Positions 9,957 through 19,954 of a stretch of 64,000 nucleotides of DNA are shown piece by piece (the stretch's first letter is position 1; every line of letters begins with the position of its first letter). Origin of the DNA: an uncultured Anaerolineae bacterium. Lineage in GTDB: Bacteria > Chloroflexota > Anaerolineae > VGOG01. The translations under genes and the position numbers were made by a program. The stretch spans positions 7,895 to 71,894 of the forward strand of contig CAYMKL010000006.1 in the NCBI GenBank assembly GCA_964390805.1, written 5' to 3'. A model generated the notes under the pieces. The model saw nothing but the letters and a program-made list of their open reading frames with translations. It had not been told where the DNA came from and ran no database searches.

Positions 9957-11359
9957 TGAAAAAGCACTTGCCTGTATTACTGATGGGGGCCCTGTTACTG
10001 GCCCTGTTTGCAACGGCCTGCTCACAGGCGGCGCCTGAGGTGATTGAGAAAGAGGTGGTCGTCGAGAAGCCGGTCGTGGAGACCGTGGTGGTCGAGAAAG
10101 AAGTGATCGTTGAGAAATCGGTCGTCGAGACCGTGGTGGTGGAGAAGGAAGTGGTGGTGGAGAAGGAAGTGAAAGTGACGGTGCCGCCTGAGCCGGTGAC
10201 CCTCACCCACTTCACATTCTCCGCCGCCCCAGATCACCTGGAAGACCTGGATGAGATGATTCAGATCTTTGGGCAAACTCATCCCAACATCAAGATCAAA
10301 GTAGAAACGGCATCCTGGGGTGACTACTTCACCAAGTTGCCGACGCTCATCGCCGGCGGGACAGCACCGGATGTCTTCGAGCTGAACTACGAGAACTTCG
10401 TCAGCTTCGCCTCCAAGGGAGTGCTGCTGAATCTGGATCCCATGGCCAAGGCCGACGCCTCGTTCGACCCGGACGTCTTCTATCCACGGGCGCAAGGTGC
10501 ATTTAGTTTCAACGGTATGCAGCTTGGCCTACCGGAGACGTTCTCAACGGTGGTTCTGTTCTACAACAAAGACCTCTTTGACCAAGCTGGCCTGGCCTAC
10601 CCAGCCGACGATTGGACATGGGAGGACGCAGTAACAGCCGCGGAGGCACTCACTGACGCCGACGCGGGCGTATGGGGTCTCTACTCCCCTACCCAGTTCT
10701 GGGAGTTCTACAAGAAGGCCGCCCAGAACGACTGCGAATTCTTCAACGCGGACCAGACCGAAGTGACCATCAACACTCCCGAGTGTGTCGAAGCACTTGA
10801 GACGATGGTGGGCTTCGTGACCAAAGACAAGGTCATGCCCAGCGACGCCGAGATGGGTGGCGTGTCGGATGGAGATATGTTCAAGGCTGGCGATATCGCC
10901 ATGGCCGTCACCGGAATCTGGATGTTCGCCGCTTTCGAGGATGCACCCTTCGAATGGGACATTCAGGTGGAGCCTGGACTCAAGCAGCAAGCCACTCACT
11001 TCTTCGCCAACGCGGTCTCAGTGTTCGCCGCTACCAAGCATCCTCAGGAAGCCTGGGAGTGGGTCAAGTTCTTCACCAGCAGCCCCGAGATGGCACAGAT
11101 CCGCGTGGATTCGGGATGGGAGTTGCCGGCCCTCAACAACCCAGCTTATGTCGAGGACTACCTGAAACTGAGTCCGCCCGACAACCGCACGGCCGTCTTC
11201 CAGTCTTTGGAGCACGCCATCGTGCCGCCGGTGATCGAGCGCCAGAACGAGATGCAGGACATCGTCAATCAGCTTCTGGATCAGGTGAAGCTGGGACAGC
11301 TCACGCCGCAGGAAGCGCTAGATCAAGCCAAGGCGCAGATCGAAGAGCTGATGAGGTAG
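9957..11359 (+). CDS. ABC transporter sugar-binding lipoprotein (SBP family 1) with a repetitive VVVEKEV tether
   Basis: Lipoprotein signal (LLALFATAC). About six repeats of VVVEKEV/VVETVVVEK follow the lipobox. The body is SBP_bac_1-like. RBS AAGGAGG precedes the ATG at 9957, which is internal to the 9905 ORF. Confidence 0.8.
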
Positions 11360-11439
11360 AGAGTAACCTGAGAAAGGGGCAAGGGGCAACTTGGAGTTGC
11401 CCCTTGCTCTTTACCCCTCAAGAAAGGTCGATGTAGTCA

Positions 11440-13881
11440 ATGAGTTCCGCTGCCACTCTTCAGGGCCTGCTTCACAATCCTCACGGCCTTGAGCATCCCT
11501 ATGAGCAGGAACCCACGGAACGCTTCCCGCGTCATCCGATGGCTGGTGAACCTGTCGCATTAGGAGTGGCGACCTGGCCAGCCGAGACCGCCGAAGCTGT
11601 GTGGGCCACCTGGCAAAGGGAGTCATCTCCTGAGGAAGGCCGAGCCGAGGGCCGTTGGGAGCGAGACGCCCAAGGTCAAAGCTACTGGCGTATCGAACTG
11701 CCGCCTTTCGGCCATCGAGAGCGAGTCGCCTACCGCTTGCACACCCAGCAAGGCGGACGACGTATATCCACTGAGGACTTCTCCTTTGTCGCTAACGGCT
11801 GGTCTCCTACAAAAGAAGTTGTCCGCTACCGCATCGCTCCCCAACACCTTGTACTCCAGTGCAAAGCGGGCGATCCAACTCTACGGCCTCGCGTGACGAT
11901 ATGCTTCCCTATGGCAAATACATTGCGCCTGCGATTGGCGGGTCTGGATTCGGCTCCTCCGGAGGATGTTGGGCGCCACGCCCCGTTCCGGGTGATGGAA
12001 GAAACGCTCAAGCACATTACCCTGGTTACAGAGAGGATAGAGTGTCGGATTAACCTCCAGCCCCTCCGCCTTGAGGTTTACAAACGGGACGGCACACCCC
12101 TTCTGCTCGAAACGGAGGCCATGGCGTGGCTGATGGGAGAATCGAACCACCCACTGCGAGTGCGTCAGACCTTCAGCAGCCCCCCCAGTGAGGGATTCTA
12201 CGGCTTCGGTGAGCGCTACAATGCCCTCGACCAGAGGGGGAATACCCTGGATGTTCGAGTATTTGACCAGTACAAAGGCCAAGACAAACGGACTTATCTT
12301 CCGATACCCTTTTTCCTTTCATCCCTGGGGCCCTACGGCCTTTACCTGAATACGAATCGCAACGTAGCTTATGACCTGGCTGCATCTCGTCCCGACCGAT
12401 GGTCATTCGACGCCGAACTGGGGCCGGACGCAAACCTGGAGTACCATTTGATCGCTGATGAAGATCCCAAGCACATCATCACTGGCTTCACTGACTTGGT
12501 CGGCAAACCCACGCTGCCGCCCAAATGGGCCTTCGGTCCCTGGATGAGCGGCAATGAATGGAACAGCCAAGCAGTGGTGATGGAGCAGGTGCAGAAAACC
12601 CTGGAGCATCGCATCCCAGCCACAGTGCTGGTCATTGAAGCCTGGAGTGATGAAGCCACCTTCTACATCTGGAATGACGCCCAACATGATCCAAAGCCTG
12701 GAAGCGATGCCTTCTCCAATGATGACTTCGCGTTTCCGCCTGATGGCAAGTGGCCTGATCCCAAAGGCATGATAGATGAATTGCATCGCCTAGGGATCCG
12801 AGTGCTGCTGTGGCAGATTCCGGTCATGAAGAAGCTGGAAGAACCACATCCTCAGCACGATGCGGACGAGGCTTACATGATCAAGAAGGAATACTGCGTC
12901 CATGAGGCTGATGGACGACCCTATCGGGTGCGCCCCTTCTGGTTTAACGGCAGTCTGCTGCTGGACGTTACCAATCCCGACGCGGTGCGCTGGTGGCTGA
13001 GCAAACGCGCCTACCTTCTGGACGACCTGGGAGTGGATGGCTTCAAGACCGACGGGGGGGAACACCTCTGGGGGCGAGACCTCCGCTTTGCCGATGGCCG
13101 GCGGGGAGACGAGCTTTGGAACCTCTACCCAAACTTGTACGCCAATGCTTACTACCGCTTTGTCCAGGACAAGCGACAGGGCGATGGAATCACTTTCAGT
13201 CGAGCAGGGTTCACCGGAGCGCAAGCTCATCCCTGCCACTGGGCTGGAGATGAGGACTCTACTTGGGAGGCTTTCCGCTATTCCGTCCTGGCCGGGCTGA
13301 GCGCGGGCATTTCAGGCATCCCTTTCTGGGGTTGGGACCTGGCCGGTTTCAGCGGAGAAATCCCGTCGGCCGAGCTTTATCTCCGGGCCGCGGCTATGGC
13401 AGTCTTCTGTCCCATCATGCAGTACCACTCAGAGTACAACGAACACCGCAAGCCCTGCCGAGACCGCACCCCCTGGAACATCGCCGAGCGCACTGGTGAG
13501 CCGAGGGTCATCGAACTATATCGCCGCTTCGCCCAACTGCGCATGGAACTGCTGCCCTACATCGAGGCTGAGGCCGCCCACTGCGGGGCTACAGGCGAAC
13601 CTCTGATGCGGCCGCTATTCTTGGATTGGCCCGAAGACCCAGTGGCATGGAAGATTGCCGACCAGTATTGCTTCGGGCGGGCATTGCTGGTGGCTCCGGT
13701 GGTCGAATCCGGCGTTACTCAGCGACACCTTTACCTACCCGCGGGGAAGTGGGAAGACTTCTGGGATGGGACTCGCCTGACCGGTGGCCAATGGATCACA
13801 CGACCGGCTCCACTGGACGTAGTTCCTGTCTACCGCCGCCTGGACGCTTCCTGGCCGGGCCTCTCACTCTGGCCTGGTTGA
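11440..13881 (+). CDS. Glycoside hydrolase family 31 (alpha-glucosidase/alpha-xylosidase, YicI-like)
   Basis: The catalytic region motif VDGFKTDGGE matches the DCFKTDFGE motif of YicI. Length (813 aa) and domain order are typical of GH31. Confidence 0.85.
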   Translation: MSSAATLQGLLHNPHGLEHPYEQEPTERFPRHPMAGEPVALGVATWPAETAEAVWATWQRESSPEEGRAEGRWERDAQGQSYWRIELPPFGHRERVAYRLHTQQGGRRISTEDFSFVANGWSPTKEVVRYRIAPQHLVLQCKAGDPTLRPRVTICFPMANTLRLRLAGLDSAPPEDVGRHAPFRVMEETLKHITLVTERIECRINLQPLRLEVYKRDGTPLLLETEAMAWLMGESNHPLRVRQTFSSPPSEGFYGFGERYNALDQRGNTLDVRVFDQYKGQDKRTYLPIPFFLSSLGPYGLYLNTNRNVAYDLAASRPDRWSFDAELGPDANLEYHLIADEDPKHIITGFTDLVGKPTLPPKWAFGPWMSGNEWNSQAVVMEQVQKTLEHRIPATVLVIEAWSDEATFYIWNDAQHDPKPGSDAFSNDDFAFPPDGKWPDPKGMIDELHRLGIRVLLWQIPVMKKLEEPHPQHDADEAYMIKKEYCVHEADGRPYRVRPFWFNGSLLLDVTNPDAVRWWLSKRAYLLDDLGVDGFKTDGGEHLWGRDLRFADGRRGDELWNLYPNLYANAYYRFVQDKRQGDGITFSRAGFTGAQAHPCHWAGDEDSTWEAFRYSVLAGLSAGISGIPFWGWDLAGFSGEIPSAELYLRAAAMAVFCPIMQYHSEYNEHRKPCRDRTPWNIAERTGEPRVIELYRRFAQLRMELLPYIEAEAAHCGATGEPLMRPLFLDWPEDPVAWKIADQYCFGRALLVAPVVESGVTQRHLYLPAGKWEDFWDGTRLTGGQWITRPAPLDVVPVYRRLDASWPGLSLWPG

Positions 13882-13939
13882 ATCCTGACAATTGCCCCCT
13901 GCCCGGTTTAACACTCATTTTCAGGAGGACCAACGTTTC

Positions 13940-15019
13940 ATGGTCGACCTCTTCCAGCACAGCATCCACGTTATTCTGGCTAATCAAGCCCCCACGGGGG
14001 CCTACATCGCCTCACCCAGTTTTCCCACCTACCACTACTCCTGGTTTCGCGATGGCGCCTTCATCGCCCACGCCATGAACACGGTCGGCCAACACGAAAG
14101 CGCGCGTCGCTTCCACGACTGGGCAGCCCGCACCATCCTGGGCCACGCGGACAAGGCCAAACGAGCTATTGAGAAAGTCGAACGGGGTGAACCCGTGGGC
14201 GAGGATTACTTGCACACGCGCTATACGCCGAACGGAGAGGAAGGGCCGGGTGACTGGCCTAGCTTCCAACTGGACGGATTCGGAACCTGGCTGTGGGCCC
14301 TGGCCGAACACCTCCGCCTGACAGCCGACCCACTCCCCTCCCACTGGCAGCAAGCCGCCCACCTCAGCGGCTCGTATCTGGCTGCCCTCTGGCGTTTCCC
14401 CTGCTTCGACCTCTGGGAAGAGCATCCGGACAAGATCCACCCCTACACCCTGGCGGCCATCTACGCGGGCCTGCGGGCCATCGGTGAGCTGACCGGCAAC
14501 GCGGGCTGGCTTGCCATTGCCGTCGAGATCCGCCGCTTCGTGCTGGAGCACGGCGTGCAGGGCAGCCATCTAGTGAAATATGTGGGAAGCGAGGCTGTTG
14601 ACGCCAGCCTGGTGGGCGTTGCCACCCCCTACCGCCTGCTGGCGCCGGATGATCCAATCATGCACACCACCGTAGCCAGGATCGAGGGCGACCTGCGCCA
14701 TCAAGCTGGAGGGCTGCACCGCTACGCCGATGACACCTACTACGGCGGCGGTGAATGGGTGTTGCTGGCCACCTGGCTGGGCTGGTATTATGTCGAGATT
14801 GGAGAACAAGCCAGGGCGCGAGAGTTGCTGGCCTGGGTGGAAGCCCAGGCTGACGGGGAGGACAACCTCCCAGAACAGATCCCTCAGACCCTCAATGACC
14901 CATCCATGCTTCAGCCCTGGGTCGAGAAGTGGGGCCCCATCGCCCGCCCCCTGCTCTGGTCCCACGCTATGTACCTTATCCTTCTTCACGCTCTTTGTCC
15001 GGCACCCGGACCAACCTGA
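13940..15019 (+). CDS. Glycoside hydrolase family 15-like (glucoamylase/glucodextranase-type (alpha/alpha)6 barrel)
   Basis: YSWFRDGAFIA motif (GH15 WxRDG). RBS GGAGG precedes the ATG at 13940. The ORF track starts at a TTG at 13892. Confidence 0.7.
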   Translation: MVDLFQHSIHVILANQAPTGAYIASPSFPTYHYSWFRDGAFIAHAMNTVGQHESARRFHDWAARTILGHADKAKRAIEKVERGEPVGEDYLHTRYTPNGEEGPGDWPSFQLDGFGTWLWALAEHLRLTADPLPSHWQQAAHLSGSYLAALWRFPCFDLWEEHPDKIHPYTLAAIYAGLRAIGELTGNAGWLAIAVEIRRFVLEHGVQGSHLVKYVGSEAVDASLVGVATPYRLLAPDDPIMHTTVARIEGDLRHQAGGLHRYADDTYYGGGEWVLLATWLGWYYVEIGEQARARELLAWVEAQADGEDNLPEQIPQTLNDPSMLQPWVEKWGPIARPLLWSHAMYLILLHALCPAPGPT

Positions 15020-15090
15020 TGACTCTTTTCACGGGAACCAGAGAAGGAAAAAGCCGCCGACTTTCGCGCTCAGTCGGCGGCTTTGCTTTG
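14252..15090 (+). repeat. Copy 1 of a ~0.83 kb direct duplication (3' two-thirds of the GH15 gene plus its terminator)
   Basis: About 98-99% identical to 25287-26110 over the coding part. Aligned by eye, e.g. cggaacctggctgtgg[g/t]ccctggccgaacacctccgcctgacagccgacc. Confidence 0.85.
15046..15090 (+). terminator. Rho-independent terminator hairpin (GCCGCCGAC-loop-GTCGGCGGC followed by a T-run)
   Basis: aaaaagccgccgactttcgcgctcagtcggcggctttgctttg lies immediately after the GH15 stop. Confidence 0.7.
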
Positions 15091-15193
15091 TCGCTTATTC
15101 ACCTTGCCCTGCCCAGGCGAGAGCCCCGCCAGTGGTACTTACACAACCCCGCGCACTGTGATCAGATAATGACCCCATCCCATTGCGGGGGAG

Positions 15194-16558
15194 TCAGCCA
15201 CACCTTTCTCCCCAATTCGCCGCCACCTGCATGATGTCCACGATGTCTATACGACAGTCGCCATTCAGGTCGTAGCGAGCCTCGTAGCTGGGCGTAGCCG
15301 GGTTGCTGTCAGGATCGGGGTTCTCACATGAGGTACTCCAACGGCTGGCAACGAGCATGATGTCCACAATGTCCACATCGCCATCACCATCCACGTCGGC
15401 AGGGAGGACACAGGCAGGTCGCGTGCTGTGGAAGATGTCCCAGTTGAAAGCGGAGACCTCCTCAGCCCAGGCAGCATGGACCGTGCCGTTGTTGACAAAC
15501 AGCGCCGGGTCGGAAATGCCGAAAACGTCGCTGGCCACTGGCTCGCGGGCAGACCACGTGCTGGTGGCAGCGTATAGCTCGCGTCCCATGATGACGCTGC
15601 CCTCATCCCAGAGGAGAAACCCACTGCCGGCCGAGCTGATGTCCAGCGCCGGGAACTTGGCGCTCTCCAACGTGCCTGACACGTCGTCGGCTTGCGCCCA
15701 ATCGCCTGGTTTCCCTGACACATGGTAGATGGCCGTGTTGAAACCGAGCGCTTCCTGCCAGACGATGTGCACCGTGTTGTCTGGTGCCACAGCGAGGGAA
15801 GGGACCGTCGAGGTCTCATCTGGCGTGGCGGAAATGTTCTCGGGAAGGGACCAGGAACCACCACTCAACTGCGTATGCCAGATCTCGTTAAGGCCAGTGT
15901 CCGCGTCCGGACTCTGCCAGGCCAGGTGAAGGATGCCGTCGTAGCCAATGGCCAGTGCCGGTGCACTGCCCGTCCCATTGGGAATGGGGAACGTTGACCA
16001 CGCGCTCCCATCGCTCGATTGCCCGTGGTAGAGAGCCGTTGCCCCGCCCGTGTTGTCCGCCCAGATGATGTGCAGGCTGTTGCCGGGCACGAAGGCGATG
16101 ACAGGCGAAGAGGAGACGCCAGAGGTGGCAGAGACATTCACCGGCAATGTCCACCCCCCACCATCCCAGCGAGCATAGAAGACATCGAACACACCCCCAA
16201 TCTCGGAGACGAAGGCCATGTGCACTCCGTCGCTGCTATCGAGGGCCAACGACGGGCTGTCGCCCAGCACCGCCTGGACCGGCGTCGTCCACGAGCCACT
16301 GCTGCCGCTGGTGTAGTAGATGCTCTCTTCCTCTTCCCACACCATGTACACGGTTCCGCTCCCCGTGACCACCAAGCTTGGCGCCCTGGAATCAGTGGCG
16401 GTGCTAGCCAAGTTCTCAGGTGTGGCCCATTCCTGCAGTGCGCTTGCGACCGTAGAAGGCACTGTGGTAGGCAAGGGGGCATCCCCAGCGGCGGCTGAGG
16501 ATGCCCCGATCACGATAGCACAGCAAAGAGTAATGGCGAGAAGGGATACTCGATGCAT
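15194..16558 (-). CDS. Secreted beta-propeller-like repeat protein with a C-terminal type I dockerin domain
   Basis: Signal peptide. Six repeats of about 40 aa (SGxSWTxP...DGxxHxAW, BNR/sialidase-like). The C-terminus has two dockerin calcium-binding repeats (DVDGDGDVDIVDIMLVA and DLNGDCRIDIVDIMQVA). Confidence 0.7.
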   Translation of the reverse strand: MHRVSLLAITLCCAIVIGASSAAAGDAPLPTTVPSTVASALQEWATPENLASTATDSRAPSLVVTGSGTVYMVWEEEESIYYTSGSSGSWTTPVQAVLGDSPSLALDSSDGVHMAFVSEIGGVFDVFYARWDGGGWTLPVNVSATSGVSSSPVIAFVPGNSLHIIWADNTGGATALYHGQSSDGSAWSTFPIPNGTGSAPALAIGYDGILHLAWQSPDADTGLNEIWHTQLSGGSWSLPENISATPDETSTVPSLAVAPDNTVHIVWQEALGFNTAIYHVSGKPGDWAQADDVSGTLESAKFPALDISSAGSGFLLWDEGSVIMGRELYAATSTWSAREPVASDVFGISDPALFVNNGTVHAAWAEEVSAFNWDIFHSTRPACVLPADVDGDGDVDIVDIMLVASRWSTSCENPDPDSNPATPSYEARYDLNGDCRIDIVDIMQVAANWGERCG

Positions 16559-18159
16559 CAGTCACTCTCGAAGACCTTGATGCGATGGGCTACCAGGGTG
16601 CCATCGTCTTGGAGCAAGGCCGTGACGCGAGCCAGGGCGCCGAGTTCGACCTCGCCATTTTGGGTATCTATCGCCGTGTCCGCCGTGACCTCGATCGAAA
16701 CATTGCTGCCATCTTCAGTAGTGATGGTCCAGATTCCGATGTGATTCACGGTCCCCGGCAATTCCGCGATGATGCCGCGAATCCTCACTGGCTCAAGGCT
16801 GGGGTCTTTGACCTCGATCTCGGTGGCGCGCACAATCCGCGGCCCTACCTTCGTACCCTTGACCTCAGCCAGCAGTCCCACTCGCGGAGTGGCGCCTGTG
16901 ATAATAGTGGCATGGGTGATGAGCACGGTCACGCCACCGACAATCCACACATCATCCTCAATGCTCTCTATACGGCCCCTGAATTCGACTTCAGGGTACT
17001 TGACCACGATAAGCTTGGCTAGCACGGAGCGGTTGTCCAGGAGGAAGCCCTGCACCTTCACGTGGGCGCCCACTCGTAGCTCGCCCTCAATACGGGTGTG
17101 GTCGTTGATGAACACATCAACCAACGCGGCCGCGGAATCGGTGGTTGTCCAGACGTTCACCACGATCTTTCTTGGAGGGTTTCCTTCCATCTCTACGATG
17201 GTACCACGGAACTCCACCTCATGTGGATGATCTCCATCCCGAATGTGTATCTTCAAAGCCAGGATAGTGCCGTCCTCCCGGCGGACAGCGGTTACTTTCG
17301 CCCAATCCCCCACTTCCGGCCTGACTTCGGGTGGTCTGATCTCGGTATTCTCATTGACCAAGAAGGTGACAGCCGTGGAGTTGGTGGTTGCCACCGTCCA
17401 CTCGCCGATCAACCCGGCCGGCAGGTCGGTGATCCTGCCTTCGAAGCGTACCCATTCATGCCCGTGGTCCTCCAGCACTTCGATCTCGGTGGCCAGGATG
17501 CTGCCGTTCTCTTGAAGGACGCCCTTGCCCTTTATCTCCTGGCCCACTTCCAAGTCGCCAAACGTAATGGGGTTACCATCGGCGTCCTTGATCTCCGTGT
17601 TCTCGTCCGTGACCACGGTGAGAGTGCGAGATCCCATCTGCACCGTCAGAGTTGGAAGTGGTGTAACAGCGACCTCGTCGGACTTGGCAATGATGATGCC
17701 ACGGAAACCAACTTGAGCATCGTCGGTCTGCTTCACGTGGATCTTGCGGGCCAGGACACTGCCATCGTTCTGGAGAACGCCCTCTACTTCGACCCGCTGA
17801 CCCACGGCCAGATCAGCGATGGTGCCTTCCTCTCGCTCATGTCCGATGCGGATGCGCGTGTTGGCGTTGATGTGAACGGTCCACGTGGTCGGCGTGACGG
17901 GCGTCAGGGATGCTGCATCGTTTACGGTCTCGACGGTGATGGTGCCAGTAACCGAGTCAGTTCCAGAGGAGATGCTTCTGATGATGCCTCTGAACTCCAC
18001 CTCTTCTGGCTCGTCGGTTTCAGAGGGAGTTGCCACTTGCGGCAACTCCACCAATTCCTCTACGGCAACACTGCCGCTAGCCCCGGCAGTCGAGAACGAG
18101 CCGAGGATCGTGATGAGCATTAAGGCGAAAATCAGTAGTAGATTTGTCTTTCTAGTCAT
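16558..18159 (-). CDS. Secreted/anchored protein with six tandem DUF5666-like repeats of about 85 aa
   Basis: N-terminal TM/signal segment. Repeated units VEFRG(I/T)I...NTxI...G.L.VG..V.V.G.L..DGS.LA..I.V. RBS AAAGGAG precedes the ATG at 18159, which is internal to the 18279 ORF. Confidence 0.65.
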   Translation of the reverse strand: MTRKTNLLLIFALMLITILGSFSTAGASGSVAVEELVELPQVATPSETDEPEEVEFRGIIRSISSGTDSVTGTITVETVNDAASLTPVTPTTWTVHINANTRIRIGHEREEGTIADLAVGQRVEVEGVLQNDGSVLARKIHVKQTDDAQVGFRGIIIAKSDEVAVTPLPTLTVQMGSRTLTVVTDENTEIKDADGNPITFGDLEVGQEIKGKGVLQENGSILATEIEVLEDHGHEWVRFEGRITDLPAGLIGEWTVATTNSTAVTFLVNENTEIRPPEVRPEVGDWAKVTAVRREDGTILALKIHIRDGDHPHEVEFRGTIVEMEGNPPRKIVVNVWTTTDSAAALVDVFINDHTRIEGELRVGAHVKVQGFLLDNRSVLAKLIVVKYPEVEFRGRIESIEDDVWIVGGVTVLITHATIITGATPRVGLLAEVKGTKVGPRIVRATEIEVKDPSLEPVRIRGIIAELPGTVNHIGIWTITTEDGSNVSIEVTADTAIDTQNGEVELGALARVTALLQDDGTLVAHRIKVFESD

Positions 18160-18590
18160 TGGTATTCTCCTTTTCGTCATGGTTTGTTGGTGCGGGCAGG
18201 TCTCATCGTTGCTCCCTCTAGGTCTAGGCAGTGGCCCGCCGCTGTCTACGGTAGCTGGTCCCACCGATGACCGCCACAACCTACACCACGATCAGAGCGC
18301 CGACATGCCCACCATTCTATCATGTTTGCATATGCTTTGCTTGAAGTTTCCCTTGTGCTTACACTGCGTCTTTTCTACGGTTGCCTGCTGCTCGGCCAGG
18401 TGGCGAGAAACGCTGCGTCAGACATACAAAGAGATAGAACGATAGGCTCATTAGGTTATGCCCTTGAGGAGGACGAGAAATACATACCCAGAGCATCAGC
18501 GTAAACCCAGGCTCCGAGCCCCGTCCCCGGGGCGGCCCGAGGACGGGCCTTCGAGCATCAAGTTTACGGAAATGATACCCAGAGGTCCCC

Positions 18591-18618
18591 TTGCCTCTCC
18601 CTGCTACCTGTGGTATAC
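18591..18618 (+). promoter_or_regulatory. Candidate promoter (TTGCCT-16 nt-TGTGGTATACT extended -10) for the ECF sigma gene
   Basis: -35-like TTGCCT at 18591-18596 and an extended -10 TGtggTATACT at 18608-18618, about 90 nt upstream of the start at 18706. Confidence 0.25.
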
Positions 18619-18705
18619 TTCAGGTGCAGTAAAGACCCCTGACCCTTTGTCAGCCGCGTCCCATTCGTACGTATCGAACAACCCTTATTATCTAGCCATT
18701 GTGCC

Positions 18706-19257
18706 ATGTCTGATACCGACCGGAAACTAATCCTCGCCTGTCGCCGGAGCGACGAGCGCGCCTGGGAGACCCTCATTGGTCGCTACGAGCGCCTCGTCTT
18801 CTCCATCGCCCGCCGTCATGGGCTCTCTGCGGACGACGCTGCCGACGTCACGCAGAAGGTGTTCATCATCCTGTTGCAAAGCATGGACCGCCTGCCGGAC
18901 GACGTCAACCTGGGCGGCTGGTTGACCACCGTGACCCGCCGTCACACCTGGCGCGCCATGACTCGGCTAGGGCGAGAGTTGCCCGGCGAAAAGGAAAACA
19001 TCGCCGAGAGCGCCATCCTGCTCGGCTGCCAAGCCCCTGACCCCATTGACCGCTGGGAGACATTGCAGGCAGTACACGAGACCCTGAACCGCCTGGGCGA
19101 GCGCTGCCGGCAACTCCTGCTGGCCCTGTACTTCGACCCGAGCGAGCCTTCTTATGCTGAGGTAGCCTGCCGGCTGAACATGCCTGTGGGCAGCATCGGC
19201 CCCACCCGCGCCCGCTGCCTGATCAAGCTCAAGGCCCTACTCGAAGAGGAAAGCTGA
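18706..19257 (+). CDS. ECF-type RNA polymerase sigma factor (sigma-70 regions 2 and 4)
   Basis: Region 2 (WETLIGRYERLVFSIARRHGLSADDAADVTQKVFIIL) and region 4 HTH (SYAEVACRLNMPVGSIGPTRARCLIKL). Confidence 0.85.
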   Translation: MSDTDRKLILACRRSDERAWETLIGRYERLVFSIARRHGLSADDAADVTQKVFIILLQSMDRLPDDVNLGGWLTTVTRRHTWRAMTRLGRELPGEKENIAESAILLGCQAPDPIDRWETLQAVHETLNRLGERCRQLLLALYFDPSEPSYAEVACRLNMPVGSIGPTRARCLIKLKALLEEES

Positions 19258-19327
19258 GATGTATTTCTTGTCCCCTGTAAAAGCATAACTAAGTGACAAT
19301 ACCTGCACAATCTCTAGGAGGAGAGAG

Positions 19328-19954
19328 ATGGTTGCACGGACACGGATTCCATTTGAAACCCTGGCCGACCTGGTGGACGGTCGCCTCTCGGAAAGCGAAG
19401 CGGTCGAAGTGAGGCGCCGGCTGGCCAACGCCGACTCACGCACCCTGGAGGACCTGGCCTGGCTGGAAGCCCTGACCTCCATCTGCCAGACGATGTCCCT
19501 CGAAGTCCCACCAGAGCAGGTGCGCACAGCTCTGTGCGCCCACTTCCGCCGTTGGGCCGAGAGTCGCCGACAGCCTGGCCTTTTTGAGCGGCTGGTGGCC
19601 CAACTGACCTTCGACAGCCGGCTCCAGCCGGCTCTGGTGGGCGTTCGAAGTAGTCCGTCCGAGCCCGGCCAACTGCTCTACACCACCGACCGGATGGACA
19701 TCGAACTTCACCTCATGCCATCAGGGCCAGACCAAGTACGCATCCTGGGTCAGGCTTTGCCCCGTGACCCAGAACTGGATGTGGCTGATTGTCCAGTGCA
19801 ATTGCTGGCTGGGGAGCGAGAGATCGGCCTGACCAGCACCAACGAACTGGGCGAGTTTAGTTTCGAAGCTATCCCTGGCAGTGACTACACGCTAGTCCTG
19901 GTGAGTGAAGAGGGGGAGATCGAGCTTGAGTGCGTTGACCTCACCACTGGCTAA
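19328..19954 (+). CDS. Putative anti-sigma factor, cytoplasmic, with no TM segment
   Basis: Sits immediately downstream of the ECF sigma gene. Its N-terminus resembles anti-sigma N-domains (ETLADLVDGRLSESEAVEVRRRL). The call rests mainly on position and context. Confidence 0.45.
   Translation: MVARTRIPFETLADLVDGRLSESEAVEVRRRLANADSRTLEDLAWLEALTSICQTMSLEVPPEQVRTALCAHFRRWAESRRQPGLFERLVAQLTFDSRLQPALVGVRSSPSEPGQLLYTTDRMDIELHLMPSGPDQVRILGQALPRDPELDVADCPVQLLAGEREIGLTSTNELGEFSFEAIPGSDYTLVLVSEEGEIELECVDLTTG

Noticed and set aside
14012-14569. 185-aa minus ORF (MAALHAVLQHEAADLDGNG...) that also recurs at 25245-25604
   Set aside because: Its recurrence is explained by the segmental duplication of the GH15 3' region. 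Both copies are antisense to GH15-coding sequence.
18160-18705. Long (~550 nt) intergenic region scanned for tRNA, sRNA or a CRISPR leader
   Set aside because: No cloverleaf-compatible tRNA pattern or repeat array was found. It has only a weak GC hairpin (about 18500-18545) and candidate promoter elements. It probably holds divergent promoter and 5'UTR space for the ECF sigma gene and the DUF5666 gene.
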